From Calcarisporiella thermophila CBS 279.70 (lineage: Eukaryota > Fungi > Calcarisporiellomycota), in the NCBI RefSeq assembly GCF_041956535.1, contig NW_027192192.1, positions 1-64,000 of the forward strand: a stretch of DNA of 64,000 nt. Direction: 5' to 3'. Numbering within the stretch: position 1 is the stretch's first letter; every line of letters begins with the position of its first letter. This document shows positions 37,584 to 50,985 of this stretch, one piece after another. Under the pieces are notes generated by a model. The model was not told the DNA's origin and did no database searches. It worked only from the letters and a program-made list of their open reading frames with translations. Made by a program: the position numbers and the translations under genes.

Positions 37584-39048
37584 TTCAGACCTACATTACT
37601 CTCACTATTCTTTCTCTTCCTTTCAAGGATTTCTTAATTCATCATCCACCAGAATATTTTCTCCCCCTTGAACTCTTTTATAAACCGAATGCAATTTATT
37701 TTTAATTATAGTATTCATAAAAATAAACCATTCGGCTGTAATTGCTTTAAATTTTATATACTCTTAACTGAATACTGCACACAGCATTTTTTCTGAAACA
37801 TGCTATTAAGGCCAACTCGTCGAAAATAACCATGATTTTCTGGTCACAGTTCAATTTCAGTCATAGCAAGACCATGATATCCTTCTAATACCTCTATAAA
37901 CTGGATGTAGTGAGCCACAGCGATCGCATAGTCGCACTGAGGACATTAGAATAATGCCCTCCCTCTCCTCTCCTACCAATATTATTCACAAAGCGCAAGG
38001 GGTAAACCGCTTTGAAAGGAGCTTCATATCAGCACTATCTTCCTCTATCTCTTCGCCATATAATACTGGATCTCGCCTTTAACATTGTTATTGTCGACAG
38101 AAATTCTTATTAAAAGTATTCTCTCTTAGTATAATTTTCTAGCAATTTGTTAATAATTTTGCATTCAAATGGGGTTCAAGAGAATTTTCTATAACTGCAA
38201 TACATTACAGAAATTCATTACAAGAGATTCTTAGTATATCGGAACAGGAGGTATAAAGATGGCATAGCCCTCTATGTACAGTATGGATTACTAGATGGTT
38301 TTTCTCCCTCGTTTACTTCTCGCTACTTCATCTAGTTCTACAGGATTTTCGCGTCGTCTCCAGTTCAGTAAAGAAATCGCATGTATGCAGCCAACATCAC
38401 CCATACTACCTCAGTAATATCAAGCAAACTTGAGAGTTGCTCTTTAGCAACCCTATCATATTATTCAGACACGTGTAAATTGGATTTTTACTCGCGTTCT
38501 GACTTCATTTTCCTCTGGATTTTTGGGAGCAAGCCAAGTCCGTGAGCCTTTGTTTTAAATTACTGTAGAATGCGAATCCGAGACTTTGAATAGTTAAAAC
38601 TACAATCTATGAAGTAGCCATTTTGTTCCTTAGAAGTCCCCTTTCTTCGCAATATCCGAGTCTCTAGGCTATTCTTGTGAAATGGGAGTGCGATCCGGTG
38701 TAGCTGGGGTCTTCCCAACTTTAACGCATTTGCGGTCGAGCAACCGCATTTAACGGATCAGCGTTGGCGGCATTGCCGACCAATAATATGACTTGGCGTG
38801 TATATTGTCGGGAACCGTGTGAGAAGATTCAAATCAAATCTAAAATTCCTGTTTCGAACTCCGGGGGAAACCGTTTACGGCTCAATTTCGATCTATTAAA
38901 ACTTAGCAGTATCGAATTGTATTCTCTTTTCTCAAAGTCCAATTCAAGTGATTTTATTTGCATCCTTTGTGAATTCGACCTCCTAAACCCCTCCATTCTA
39001 TTCGTCTCCCCGCAATCGCGAAATTTCTCATCCAGAAATCGGCTCTCC

Positions 39049-39210
39049 ATGCTTCCCATCGAACTGGTGCTTCCAAAGCAGTGCATCCAGCCTGATCAGA
39101 GTACGCACCTAGCGGAAGTCAGCGAGGAGATTATCTGCCCTGTTTGCGGAAAGCGCTTCAACAAGCATGTAGAGTTAGCAGCACACATGCGCACTCACCC
39201 CGGCCACTAA
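39049..39210 (+). CDS. Small single C2H2 zinc-finger protein (~53 aa)
   Basis: CPVCGKRFNKHVELAAHMRTH is a canonical C2H2 finger; ATG at 39049 follows a pyrimidine-rich leader. Confidence 0.65.
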   Translation: MLPIELVLPKQCIQPDQSTHLAEVSEEIICPVCGKRFNKHVELAAHMRTHPGH

Positions 39211-39650
39211 TCTCTCCCGTTTCTGTCCGGTAATGGGGATGATTAGCGCGTGGCCACCCTGGAATGTAAAAATTGTAAATTAGGCTTAGTCTAATATTTC
39301 ACGTTGTGTTTCTACTCTTCTTTTTTTTTTTTCTTTTCTTCCTCTACTCCACCGTATGCTTTGGTACCACAGGCTTCCCCTCACCCTTATTGCTTACTCT
39401 TCTTAATGACCTCTGGCTACAATACTGTTGTAAAAAATATTATTCTTTAAACTAATCTAATTTTGAGGGAAAAATTGACTTTATTTTTAACATTCAAACC
39501 ATAATCTTGAAAAATTAGAGATAGCACGATAAACTGATAAAGAAGTAGCCCTTTCCAAGAAGTAAATCCCAATATCCCCAGCATAGTCAAAAAAAACATA
39601 GGCAACCAATAAACCGATATCAGATCCAAATTGAGTTAGTCACTCTTCAT

Positions 39651-40902
39651 TCAAAATGCAGGTCCAAAACCGCGAGGCACCTCCCCTTGAGCGTCGCCCT
39701 CTGGTGTCTGTTAAATGCATCAGAGTTGAGATTTATTCCACTCGAGTAGTCAATGCAACTCTACTTACAACATAGGCTGCACAAAGCCCTCCGTCCACCT
39801 TGAAGTCCACTCCGGTGATATAGGAGGATTCGTTGGACGCCAAAAAGAGCGCCGCCCGAGCCTGCTCGATCGCTTCTCCAAACCGTCCCATAGGAACGTG
39901 GACAAGGCGTCTGTTCTTCTTCTCTGGAGTATCGAGGAAGTTCATGAGGAGTGGAGTGCGCAACGGGCCAGGGCAGAGGGCATTGAGACGAATGTTTTCA
40001 CGAGCGTGCACGATGGCGAGCTCACGGCTTTGAGAAAAAAAATTAGGACGTTAAAAAGTAGGCTACGGAACACCTTAAATGCAGCACACTCACGTCATGG
40101 CAAGCACAGCACCCTTCGAAGCAGTGTCTTTGAAAGTACCGTTATCGAGTTAGCGAGTGAGCTAGAAAAAGAAGGGGGCAGAGACTTACATGCAAGCTGA
40201 GGGGTGGCCGCGCCCATTATTGCGACAAAGCTAGCCGTATTGATAATGCTTCCACCTTTCTCACCCTCGGGATTGGCGCGCATGGCCTGAATTGCATGTT
40301 TGCATCCATACCATACACCCTTCACGTTGATATTCATGGTCAAATCCCTATATAAAAGAAGGAATCAATTCATTGCGTTATTATCAGTGACAGCAACACG
40401 ATATAGGATGTACCAGATTCTCTCAGAGGTGGTGATAGCATTATCATCTTCAGGATGCATAATTCCAGCATTATTGAACATGACATTCAGTTTTCCTAGA
40501 TTCATGAAGCAACCAGTATAAATTAGTCGAGATGTGAAGAACTGGTAGAGGAATGGATCATTACCGAACTCCTTCACGGCAAATTCAACCAAAGCCTTAA
40601 CCTCCTCCTCTTTGCTCACATCTGCCTTGAAGACACGAGTGCGTTGCTTGGCCACATCAGAGCCAATAGCATTAGCAATGAGAGAAACGGTGTTCTGGGC
40701 AGCTTCCACATTGATGTCTGCAAGCACTACACTGGCTCCTTCCTGTGCAAAGAGGCACGAGGACTCGAGACCAATGCCACTGGGTGTGAGAAAACAAGGT
40801 AGGATGATGAGCGAAGTAGGAACTCACCAAACACAAAGGCCAAATAGTTTACCTTCCGGCACCAGTGATAACGGCAACTTTTCCTTCAAGACGGCCAGGC
40901 AT
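39651..40902 (-). CDS. Short-chain dehydrogenase/reductase (multi-exon)
   Basis: RLEGKVAVITGAG.GIG, FNNAG, IINTAS, NALCPG and ITG..FKVDGG motifs. Confidence 0.92.
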
Positions 40903-41164
40903 GATTTCCGAGTGTCGCGATATATTAACAAGACAATGAAATGAATAAAAGGGGAGGAAAATGAACAAAATTATATTGAAAAAAAGCTTTGAACTTTTTA
41001 AAGGATGACACGTCGCCACCGAGGACACCCTGATTGCCCCCTCCCATTGGGTCATCTCAAATTTTGCTTTGACCGTGCCTTCAGATGATCTTGTACAAAA
41101 AGATAAAAGTGCGAAGAAGAGCAGAGGAAAACAGCCGAGCGTAGAGTACAAGACGTCGCCTGGC

Positions 41165-42378
41165 CTAGGAAAACGCGCCCCTTTTTCCGTGCCCAAACCG
41201 ACTCGACAAATCCGTCACGCTCTTCTGCACCATTGCTCGCCGCGTCCTGGAATCCACCACCTTCCGTGGAACATTGATATCCCGCTCGCGGTCCCACCCA
41301 CGTGATGCTGGCTCTTCCTCCTTCTGCGACTTGGCCCGTTGATCACGGTGCATATCCATTAGACTGCGGGAGCGGTTTTGTAGCTACACATGGTGGCAGT
41401 TAGAAGGTGCGAGGATGGGAGAGTGGGAACTGTATCTGGCACTTACATTGTACTCTTCTATTTGGCGGGCGTACTCCAAGTCGCGCCGACTAAGCTGAGG
41501 TTCTGGCTCAGGTTCCTTGCGCTTAGAGCCACTTTGTGGATTCTCCTAAGATCAGATTGGAATACATAGATCCCATTTAACATCTCTCCTTTGTACAAAA
41601 TTCCCATTAAGCATGCTCACTCTTAGTCGCTGCTCTCGTTCCTTTGGTGTCTCAAACCATTCTTGCGAAAGTTCAGCCTCTGTTGATGTTTTGGCAAACT
41701 GCCGCGCCCGCATGGGCTGGCCGGCTACAGGAATTCCGCTAACTTTCTTCTCGGGGGCCATAGTCATCCATTCACCACGCTTTGGCTTAGAATCTTCCTC
41801 CGAAAATTTATCTGGCTGAGATAATCGATGTTAGTGGGGGGAAGTAGAAAGCAAACGTCAAGAGAGAAGTTTACTCTTTCGAGCTTCTGCTTCATACGAG
41901 CTGCACGCTCTTCGAACTCAGCAATACGCGTTTCCATATCCTAAATTGAGGAAGTAAGGTCAAAAGTCAAGTCTATTCTTCCAAATATTAATGGAATTAC
42001 ATCTTTCTCTAGATTGGCTTCACTCGGAGGTGGCTTTGGACCTATAATGTCATCGTCGTCCTCCGCCGCATTCGCAATATAAGCTCTATCCTCGTTGAGA
42101 GGAGGGGGCACAGCAGGGCCATACACCTTCCGGTCAGTCTTACTTTTTCGTTCTTCAATTAGATCTGGTGGTAGTTCAGGGCAGAATGCAGCCTCATCGC
42201 TCTGCTCTTCGTCCTGCGTTCCAAATGGTTTGCTTTCATTTTCTGAAGAAGGCTTCAGGAAACCGGGAGGAAGCGCTGGACCGATGCCTACGTCTTCTTC
42301 CTCTTGAGCTGCTTCTTCGGGACTGTCTTCGCTCTTTCGGAGTAAATGTTCTGGGATCTGGGGTCCAATATTGGCCAT
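41165..42378 (-). CDS. GPALPP1: GPALPP-motif protein (DUF3752)
   Basis: Repeated IGPQIP/IGPALPP/YGPAVPP motifs; RGEWMT, WFETP, WDRERDI and LSSRFG. Confidence 0.85.
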
Positions 42379-42989
42379 GATTAGCGACGTTATCCTCCGG
42401 AAATAGTAGAAATGCGTTAATACAAATTAGTTTAGGCATACTTGTGTGGCTGCGCCACGGAAGAATGATTTGGACCTGTTTTGACCTTTTTGTGGTGCTT
42501 CAAAAATTATTTTTTTTTCCTCTTATTTACGAAATTATTTTATTTTGCCGATTAGTTTTATAAATTAAAAGATTCAAGAAAGAATCTTCGTTTTCCTTCT
42601 CCATAACCTTCTCACTTTTCTGAAATCTTCTCGTTTCCAAATTCATTGGCCCATCTCTCTCTAAAGGCTGTATACTTCCACCATCAAATCCTACACGCAA
42701 GAGAAAGGGAAACAGAAGTTTGATCAAAAGAGGATATTGCTTGATTAACTTGCACATTCAGAAAAGGATAAAAAGTCAAGCAGGCAAGTGGGGTGACTCT
42801 CAAAGTGAAGCTTTAAAATCGACCTCGTAGGTATCCCTTCCCCCCCCCCCAACATCAAAGGGTTCAGAGCAAAAGAAAGGAATTCAAAAAGAATTGAAAG
42901 CGCGGGATACTCTGAATTTTTTTGGCCCAAAACGTCATTTGAAATTTTCCGATCCATTTTCAAAAAGAGAAATTCATACTGTCTCCGAG

Positions 42990-45719
42990 ATGGAACGCAG
43001 AGATCAGAAGCCTCTACGGCATCATCCATATTCTAACTACGACCCTGAACGCAGACGTGGCGGTGGATACCGCGGAAACGCAGGAGACCGCTACATGCGG
43101 GATGATGGGTATGGTGGAGGAATGTATGGTGGTCGTGGAATGAAGCGTGGAGGTGGCCGGGGCCGTGGAGTTCGCGGCGGCCGTGGAAGAGGAAGAGGTG
43201 GGCATCGCCCCTATAATGAAGAAGAGCCGATGGAGGAGTGGAATGGTGCTGGCGGTGCAGAAGAGGAGTACTATCCAGAGGGTGCAGGATACGAGCATGG
43301 CTGGGAGCAGGGGCAAGAACATCTTCCCCAACAAGGAGCACCGGAAGATGGTGCATATAGAATTTTGTTTTTAAAAATGCTCTACCAACACTCATCCCAT
43401 CCTGTTTATATCTATCAAAATAGAATACGCACCTGGTGATGAAGATCCTGAAAAGAAACAGTTACCAGCCCATATTCAGTTCCGTATTCAACGTGAGCGT
43501 CCTTGCCGGACGCTATTTGTACGAAATCTTCATGTAAATGATGCTTCTACTCTTGGGAAACTTTATAGGGTGACACAAGTCTGATCTTTGCGTTTTTTAT
43601 TCTACAGCTATGGCAAGATGAAGAGGAAGTAGTTAATCTCTTCTCGCGATACGGTGAACTTAAAGACAAATTCAACCACATCAAGAAACGGGGAATGATG
43701 TTCCTAGTCTATGTAAGTAATCCTGTGAAAATTAAATTTTTAAAGTCGTACACTTTCAAAAACTTGATTTGCACGAACCTCTTCTCGGGTGTGGACCCCT
43801 CCTTCAAAAATTGGCTCGCCTGATCATTTTTGAAGCTGAAAACTCACCTTTCACTGCATCTTGAGAAACAATTCCTAACACAAATATCTCTCTCTTTTTC
43901 TCTTTTGCCTTGATTTTTTTTCACTCTGTTAAAAATTGGGGTTCATCCACATTACAGTATGACTTGCGGCATGCTGAGAAAGCGAAAGAAGAGTTACAGT
44001 CCTACGAATTGAACGGTCGAAAGGTAAAAAGCATAACTGAACAAAGCCTGAATGGGAAACACAAATACGAAATGATCTTTTTTCGCTAATATGCAAACCC
44101 ATCTCAAATGACTAGTTGGATGTCCACTTTTCACTCCCGAAACAAAATGAACTTGAGAGCGTCAGGTGTGGACGGGACAAGAATCAGGGCACCCTCTTTC
44201 TCACATTACAGGACTCAAAGGAGCCTCTTGACAATGATGAACTGCACGAATTCTTCTCACAATTTGGAGACGTGAAGGTAGTACGAGAGTACAAAGACAG
44301 CCCCTAGTGAGTGTTGAAAAATGATTTTCTCTCTCGATGCTCCCCTCCCGTTGGGAACGTTGCCAAACCAAAGCAATCCAAACAATCTCATTCCTGTTTA
44401 AATTTATAGCCAACGATTCATTGAGTTCTATGATAGTCGAGGTTGCAATGCGGCATATGACGCAGTGCTAGGAAGAGAGTGGCATGGAGGAAAATTGGAT
44501 GCCAAAATTACCTGGGATATATCCGCCAAGGACCGCGCTGAGCTGGCGGCAGCTCGACAGCGTGTCGAGGGCAAGTACCGGGAGCAGCGAGAAGGTGCGC
44601 GAGAGTGGGAGCGCTCTGATCGCGATCGATATGATGACCGAGAATGGGAACAGGGCGGTGGGCGTGGTTACGAGCGGGGGCGAGATTGGGAACGCGGTCC
44701 TGGGTACGAACGTGACGCACGGAGAGACTACTATGGGCGTGAAGAAGGCTACGACCGATATGGAGGCTATGACCGACGGGAAGGTGAGGCACAGGCGGGC
44801 ACTAATTATGGTTGCAATCTAGTTAATTAATCTTGTATTATTGTTTTACAGATTTTGACCGACGTTATCCTCAAGGTGACCGGTATGGAGATCGTTATGG
44901 CTATGATGGTGTGTATTCCTTTTGACTTTTTATCCTAGTCCTTTACCAACCATTCGATCTTTTTTTATCATCCTTAGGCTCACAACGTTTCCCACCTCCA
45001 ATGCAGCCTCCCAATCCGATGATGCCTCCTTACGCGCAGCCGCAACCACAGCAGCGGCCACCCGCCATCCCGGCAGCTGGTGCTGCAGCATTAAATATGA
45101 CGGAGCAACAACGCCTTGAGCAGGCGCAAAAAGTCCAGCAGGTAAGAGTTCATTTTTCTCCCCCTCTCTCTCGAGAACCACCTCATACTATTTCGATTTG
45201 TAGTTGCTTGCGGTGCTTGGTGGACAGGCCCAAAATCCTGCTCCCCCCAATACCCTTGCTACTCCTGGCCTCCCTGGATTCCCTGTCCCAGCGGCGCAAC
45301 CGTACCCTGGGACAGCTCCTCTTCCAATGAATGCACAGCCACCCGTGAATCAGATAGCAGCTCAGACGCAGCAGCTGCTTCAGATGTTGGCATCGGCACA
45401 GCAGCAACAACAACAGCAGCAGCCCCAGCAGCCGACACCTCCTCAGCCTTCGGCCGCTCAACAGCTCCAACAGATGACCCCAGCACAACTACAGAGCTTA
45501 GCACAGACACCCATGCAAGCCCTTTCACAGCATCCGCCCTCCTCAGCACAACCTCCACAGCAGTCCCTCACATCACAACCACAAGCACCAGGCGCCACCG
45601 CCGCTGGAGCTCAAGTCGCGCAATTATTGCAATTAATACAACAGCAACAACAGCAGCAACAACGAACACAGCCGCCTCCAGGAGGCCAGAAACCACCCGT
45701 ACTGGGGCCCCAAAAGTAA
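42990..45719 (+). CDS. Two-RRM RNA-binding protein (Mei2-like RRM1/2) with RGG, RD/RE-rich and Q/P-rich regions
   Basis: RERPCRTLFVRNL, YDLRHAEKA, DVHFSLPK, NQGTLF and FIEFYDSR; multiple GT-AG introns. Confidence 0.82.
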
Positions 45720-46014
45720 CCAGATCATGTTGTTATCTCTCCACTTTATACACCCTTCACCTTTTGTATCATGCAATTTACTCCATGGAATTTATTTTTC
45801 TTTTTGTTTTCTTTGGTTGGGTATGGTGCCTTTCTTTTTTATCAAGGAGGTTTGGTCTTTTTTATAATTCTTTTCTTTTATTGAATTTCCTAATATATAT
45901 ACTTTATCAATGTTACTTTCTAGTAATAAACTCTTTTCAATTATGTACTCTTTTTTTTTGGCTCGTAGCAAAAAGATAAAAACTGTTTAAGTATATAAAT
46001 GCATACAGTTTACT

Positions 46015-47182
46015 AGTCTCCAGTGGTTTGGCTAATGAAGCTTGTGATTTTGAACAAAGCTCGAGCGCAACGAATTGACGCTCAAAGAGACGCGCTGGAA
46101 TATCGTCCGGGTGAAGAAAAGTGCAAACTTCGAGTATCGGCAATGCTTCCGGAATTTCTCGCACACGATCGAAAGATATATTCCAAACGGTTGCTATTGT
46201 GTGATCATAGTCACCTAGTGATTCCTCACTCCTATACGAAAGCAGTTTCTCTTGATTTCTTTTAGCTGATCAAGATAGTTCTGGAAAGAGGAAGCTGTGT
46301 TTTCGATATACGCGCGCGCAAGCTCTATCGCAAGAGGCATAAACTCGAATTGCGCCACTATCTGGTAAGCGTGATGGAACCGAGCACTCTCTCGATCAAT
46401 TGTATGCATTTCTTGGCCAAGTAGTGCCAAGAGAGCTTCTTCTTCCTTCATAATTCCCACACTAATAACCGTAGCATACCTAAATGGGATCGGTCCGCGA
46501 GTAGTAAGGATGATATACCCACCTTCACGAGGTAACATTCTAAACATCTGTTTGGCAATTCTGTCGTCCAAGTTGTCCAAGAGAAGAAGGCACTTCGAGT
46601 GTGTTTCAAGCCAATCTCGAACCCATTTGATAATTGTATCCTCCGATTTTTCTTCTAATACCATTTCTGGTATACCAAGGTGTATTGCAAGACCGCGGAA
46701 AGAGTCGGCTGCCATGGTCCAACTGTCGACTTTGAGCCAGAATACGAAATCAAACTCTTTACGATGAGCATAGCAAAAATGCAACATAAGTTGGGTCTTT
46801 CCCATCCCACCTAACCCACTGAGCGCTGCGATTTTGCAGCCTCCACTAGAACCTGTGAAAAGGGCATCTTCGATCTTTTTGGAAATATCAGGACGCTCAA
46901 CGAAGGCCTTATTTTCATGTGGAACGCCATAAACGGCGGTTTTGGCTTCTTTGTCCTGGTTCGTCATTTTTGCAAAGTTCCATGCCTCTGATTAATGCAA
47001 AAAAAAAAAAAATTAGTTTATTGACCTCTCCTTTTTAAATTACTATATACCTAAAAAAAGTTATAGTTATTGTTTCCAACGTTAATATATGCTCCGGTTT
47101 CGCCGTGTACATTTCCCCTGATATTGGATGTTTGAGAGGAGATTTGGCCAAGTTTGGTCGGAATAATGGATTATAATAGCAT
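46015..47182 (-). pseudogene. NB-ARC NLR, truncated before the repeats, with a RHIM-like first exon (47182-47051)
   Basis: P-loop GLGGMGKT, LLLLDNLD and MPLAI; frameshift near 46255; intron 47050-46988 with branch site. Confidence 0.85.
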
Positions 47183-47639
47183 TGGTTTTTGATATTTTGT
47201 TGTTTGCTGATAATTAACATTATGAAAAAGTGCTCCAATTGCTCAGGTTATTGCAGTTTTTAGTTGGAAATAAGATTTCTGCATTATAAGCCTCTTCGGT
47301 GCCACTAAACTGCAGCTTTCTATATGATTGTCTTTGAATATTGATGTTATAAAAAGGTTTTTCTAAAGCACCAAAAACTAGCTGCCAATTATGTTTCAAT
47401 CCTTGTTCCACTTTAAGATTGGCCTAGTCAGTTTACTGGACAAGAGGAGGATGGCCAGATACTAGTATGCTTTATTGTTCATTGGGAAAGGGTGATAAAA
47501 AAAACTATACAGGTACAATGAAAATAAAAAGAAGCATCTTCATGTTCTGCGTACAAAGTGAAATAGAAGAAGGGAAAAGGAGGAAACAAGGAGGTAGGGA
47601 ATAGATTAATAAGTAGAAAAAAAAAAGGTGAGCAGGAGA

Positions 47640-49241
47640 TCAAAAATACACTCGCATGGCTTGATTGGGAGTCGATTCAGAGGGACAGTAGGGGCACTTG
47701 AATCGCACGCTGTTCCCTCGGCTTAACCGCCCAAGACTTTCGCGACAGATAACATGACCGCACGTCAACATCATCGGCGGGTTTTCCTCTGTCCCTTGCT
47801 CTTTGCTGACAGGGCAGGCGAAGATGGAATGGAATCGAAGATCCTCCGCGAGGGGGATCTCCACCGGAAGCTCGTCGGCCTGACTCCACTCGTTCTTTGT
47901 CTCGCGCATGATAGTGAACATCTTGATGATGGTAGGCAGGGCGGTGGTTCCCACGGTGACGGTGATGTAGAGAGGGGATTCGGCGGGGAGCCCCAGCAGG
48001 CGACAGAAATCGGTGGTGAAGGCGTGCTGAATATCCGACCAGTAGGAGGGCGAGAGAAGGTCGGCATAGGGCGAGCGGTCCAGACGGGAAAGGAAAAGCA
48101 ACGAACACATGAGCCGTTGTATCTCTATTGAGCCCGGCAGAAAAAAAAAAGTCAGTTTAGAAGACCGTTATGAAAGCTATTGTTACAAAACTCGGCCAGC
48201 AGATAGGCAAATAGGACGCATACCGTGCATATGTGTCTCTGCAAACTGGCCGAAGCTGATCTTGGAGTAGGCCAGAGCCTCTTCACATCCTACCGTAGTC
48301 ACCAGCTGGATAAAGCGCAGTTTGTGCAGGTCAAACTCTAATGTGCTTCCGAGAGCTTGGAGCTGCTCGTGTTTTGATTTAGCCCAGCTATGAAACGGAG
48401 AGAAAATCTGGGTTCAACTAAAGTCTTGGAGGTTGTAACAGAAGGAGAGGGCATACGTACTTTAGAGCGGGTTCGAGGTTCTTGGCTTTGAGGGCGGCGA
48501 GGATATGATACATTTCCATGAACTGCTCTTGAAGTTCATTTGGTATATCTAGATGAGCCTCCTAAATACAACATTATATGCCACAGCATTAATAACGCAG
48601 AAAATATTTATAAAAAAAATGCTCATTTCTCAAAAAAGGAAATGGCGTCGGAATCACATACTTGAATGAAAGAATTGGCAAGTTCAAACTGGCCCTGCCG
48701 TATCAGGTGCATGGCCACAGTGCGATTCAAAATGTCTTCCTTGCCCCTAAATGCTTCGGGATTGTTACCCACTGCCAGCTCTTGCTTAAATTTCTACAAG
48801 ATCCGGTTCGCCAGCATAAAGATTAGTTTATAAATAGAGTTATGGTGGAGAAGCGAGAGAAAAAACGAAGAGCATCTATGCACCTTATCTATTGCCTTTC
48901 CATATTTGCTCAGTGCACTATGGAATTCTTTTTGATCATCTGTGATCTGTGCGGAGGTTTCCTTGATCGTCTTGGAGAGGTTAGCGAGCGACACAGCAGT
49001 CGATCCTGAGAGAATGAAATAGTGGTTGCGACGTTAGTATTCAATATCTGACTCGCAGACGGAGGAAATGTAATGAAGGCGATTGTTTCGTTTCCTAAAA
49101 ATCATTACCTTCACCAGATAAAATTCTCTCCTTGGTACTTTCCAGAGCGGCAATCAACCCATCTAAACGGTCTTGATACAGTTTAGATACGGATGTCTGT
49201 TTCTTTTGTACACGCTCAAATTCTTTTGTAAGAGCTTCCAT
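47640..49241 (-). CDS. RMD5: GID/CTLH complex RING subunit Rmd5/Gid2
   Basis: LisH/CTLH region (AMHLIRQG, LEFDLHKL) and FHSIFACPVSKEQ..NPPMMLTCGHV..KCPYCP. Confidence 0.93.
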
Positions 49242-49656
49242 GGCACTGTCTATAATGGGAACTAAAAGTCGTTCTATCCGACTTGCGGCAAAAATCCTTG
49301 CAAAAGGACTCTCTTCCTGTGACTGCGCCGCGTGAATTCCGCGTGGTCTATTTTTTCATGTCACGACTGGGTGGCTCCTTCCTTTCCTTGTAGGATGGAT
49401 TCTCATAAAAAGGCACCAAATACATATATACTTGTATTTTGTAGAGGGAAACAAGACATCAGAGTATATGTACACGATGGTGATAAACTGTACATCAAGC
49501 AAAATAGGAAAAAAAGAAAAACATCACCACCACAAATAAAAACTGAAGCTCAAGAAATAATAAAAAGCAAGGGGTGCTCAAAATAGGTTCAGGGGAAAAG
49601 AAAATGCCAATGAAGAGGAAGATGAGATGACCACTGCAAGTGTTAAAAATAAGCAT

Positions 49657-50830
49657 CTAAACCAGGATAAGCTCGCTGTCTACTCCCTTTGAGGATTTAG
49701 GGATATCGCCTTTTTGCCCCTCTATGACTGCCCAGGATGAATAGCTGAGGGTTTCGGCCGCTCTGGTCGAAGGATAGGAATCAAAAGAGGAGGACGATGG
49801 AGATTCGCTCAAACAAGTATCGTCTGCAAAAGAGGGGGCATTGCAAGAGGATATTGGAGAAATCTCATAGGATATGGGAGAGCGGGTGAGCTTGGGGCAT
49901 TCTCGAAAAGCCTTTCGCAGTTCATCAATCTGGATGCGCTTTTGTGGGTCAAGAGTGAAAATTCGCAGCAATAAATTAACGACATGGCTGCTCAACAAGA
50001 GCCGGGAGGAAAGGAATTGTGCCGGAGCGGCAAGGAAGGCGCAGAAGGCCGGATCCTTTGCGCTGGCGACTCTCCAGGGATTGCGACCACAAATAAGGTT
50101 AATCAGGATCACCCCAAGAGACCAGATATCATTTGGAGCGGTGGCATAAGGTTTGCAGGTGGAAGTGTCGAAACCGCCAAGGCACTCTAAAAGTGGCAAG
50201 TTTTAAGAAGCGTTAGATGTCGTATCGTCTACAGGGACATGAAGCATGGGAGAAGAAGAGCAGGGACGGACACTCACCAGGGGAATAGTAGAACTGGCTT
50301 CCACAACCGAATTCCATGGACCATTCCTCGTCGGTGGCCAATCCAAAATCACCCAACTTGATGACATCGTCCTCGAACACCATAATATTTTCAGTCTTCA
50401 AATCTCGGTGGTAAATACCCCGTGAATGGCAGTATGCAACAGCATTAATCAGCTGCTCGAACACTCTTCTGACCGCTTTTTCGTCGCCAATGAATCTCCC
50501 TCTTTCAGCAATGGCGGTAAACAAGTCCCCCTCAGGGGCGTACTCAAGCACAAGAAAGAGGCCAAGAGAAGTTTGAATGACCTTTTGAAGCGGAAGAATG
50601 TTGGGGTGATTTAAGCATCCATGGATCCGGACTTCGCGAGTGTGCAGATAATTCTGTCGTGGAGTGCCGACCATGGGCAGGTGTTTGATAGCAACATACT
50701 CTTGGGTGAGGAGATTTCGCGCAAGATAGACGCATCCGTACGCACCCTCGCCCAAAATATCCATGAGCTCGAGAGTACCTGCGCCTAGCCGAACGCCGAC
50801 TAGACTGCTCCTTGAAAGAGTTGGTGCCAT
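49657..50830 (-). CDS. Ran1/Pat1 (Sks1/Vhs1)-family Ser/Thr kinase (one intron)
   Basis: GEGAYG, HRDLKTEN, DFGLAT...FGCGSQFYYSPE|C and NDIWSLGVILINLICGRNPW. Confidence 0.9.
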
Positions 50831-50940
50831 AGGTCCAGGATAATTCTGGGAATTACAGAGGGGGAAGGAGAAGGGGTTGGAGTTCCGCTAGTCAGTGTAA
50901 GCAGAGGAGAGAGGCCATAAGCCAGAAGTTAATGTTGGAT

Positions 50941-50985
50941 GGAGAAGAGGGAGAAGAGGGAGAAGAGGGAGAAGAGGAGGAGAAA
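50941..50985. repeat. (GGAGAAGAG)n purine tandem repeat in the kinase 5' region
   Basis: About four direct 9-bp copies. Confidence 0.8.

Noticed and set aside
36745-37671. Alternative-frame repetitive ORFs (RRRWDLSTP)
   Set aside because: Frame shadows of the TPR array.
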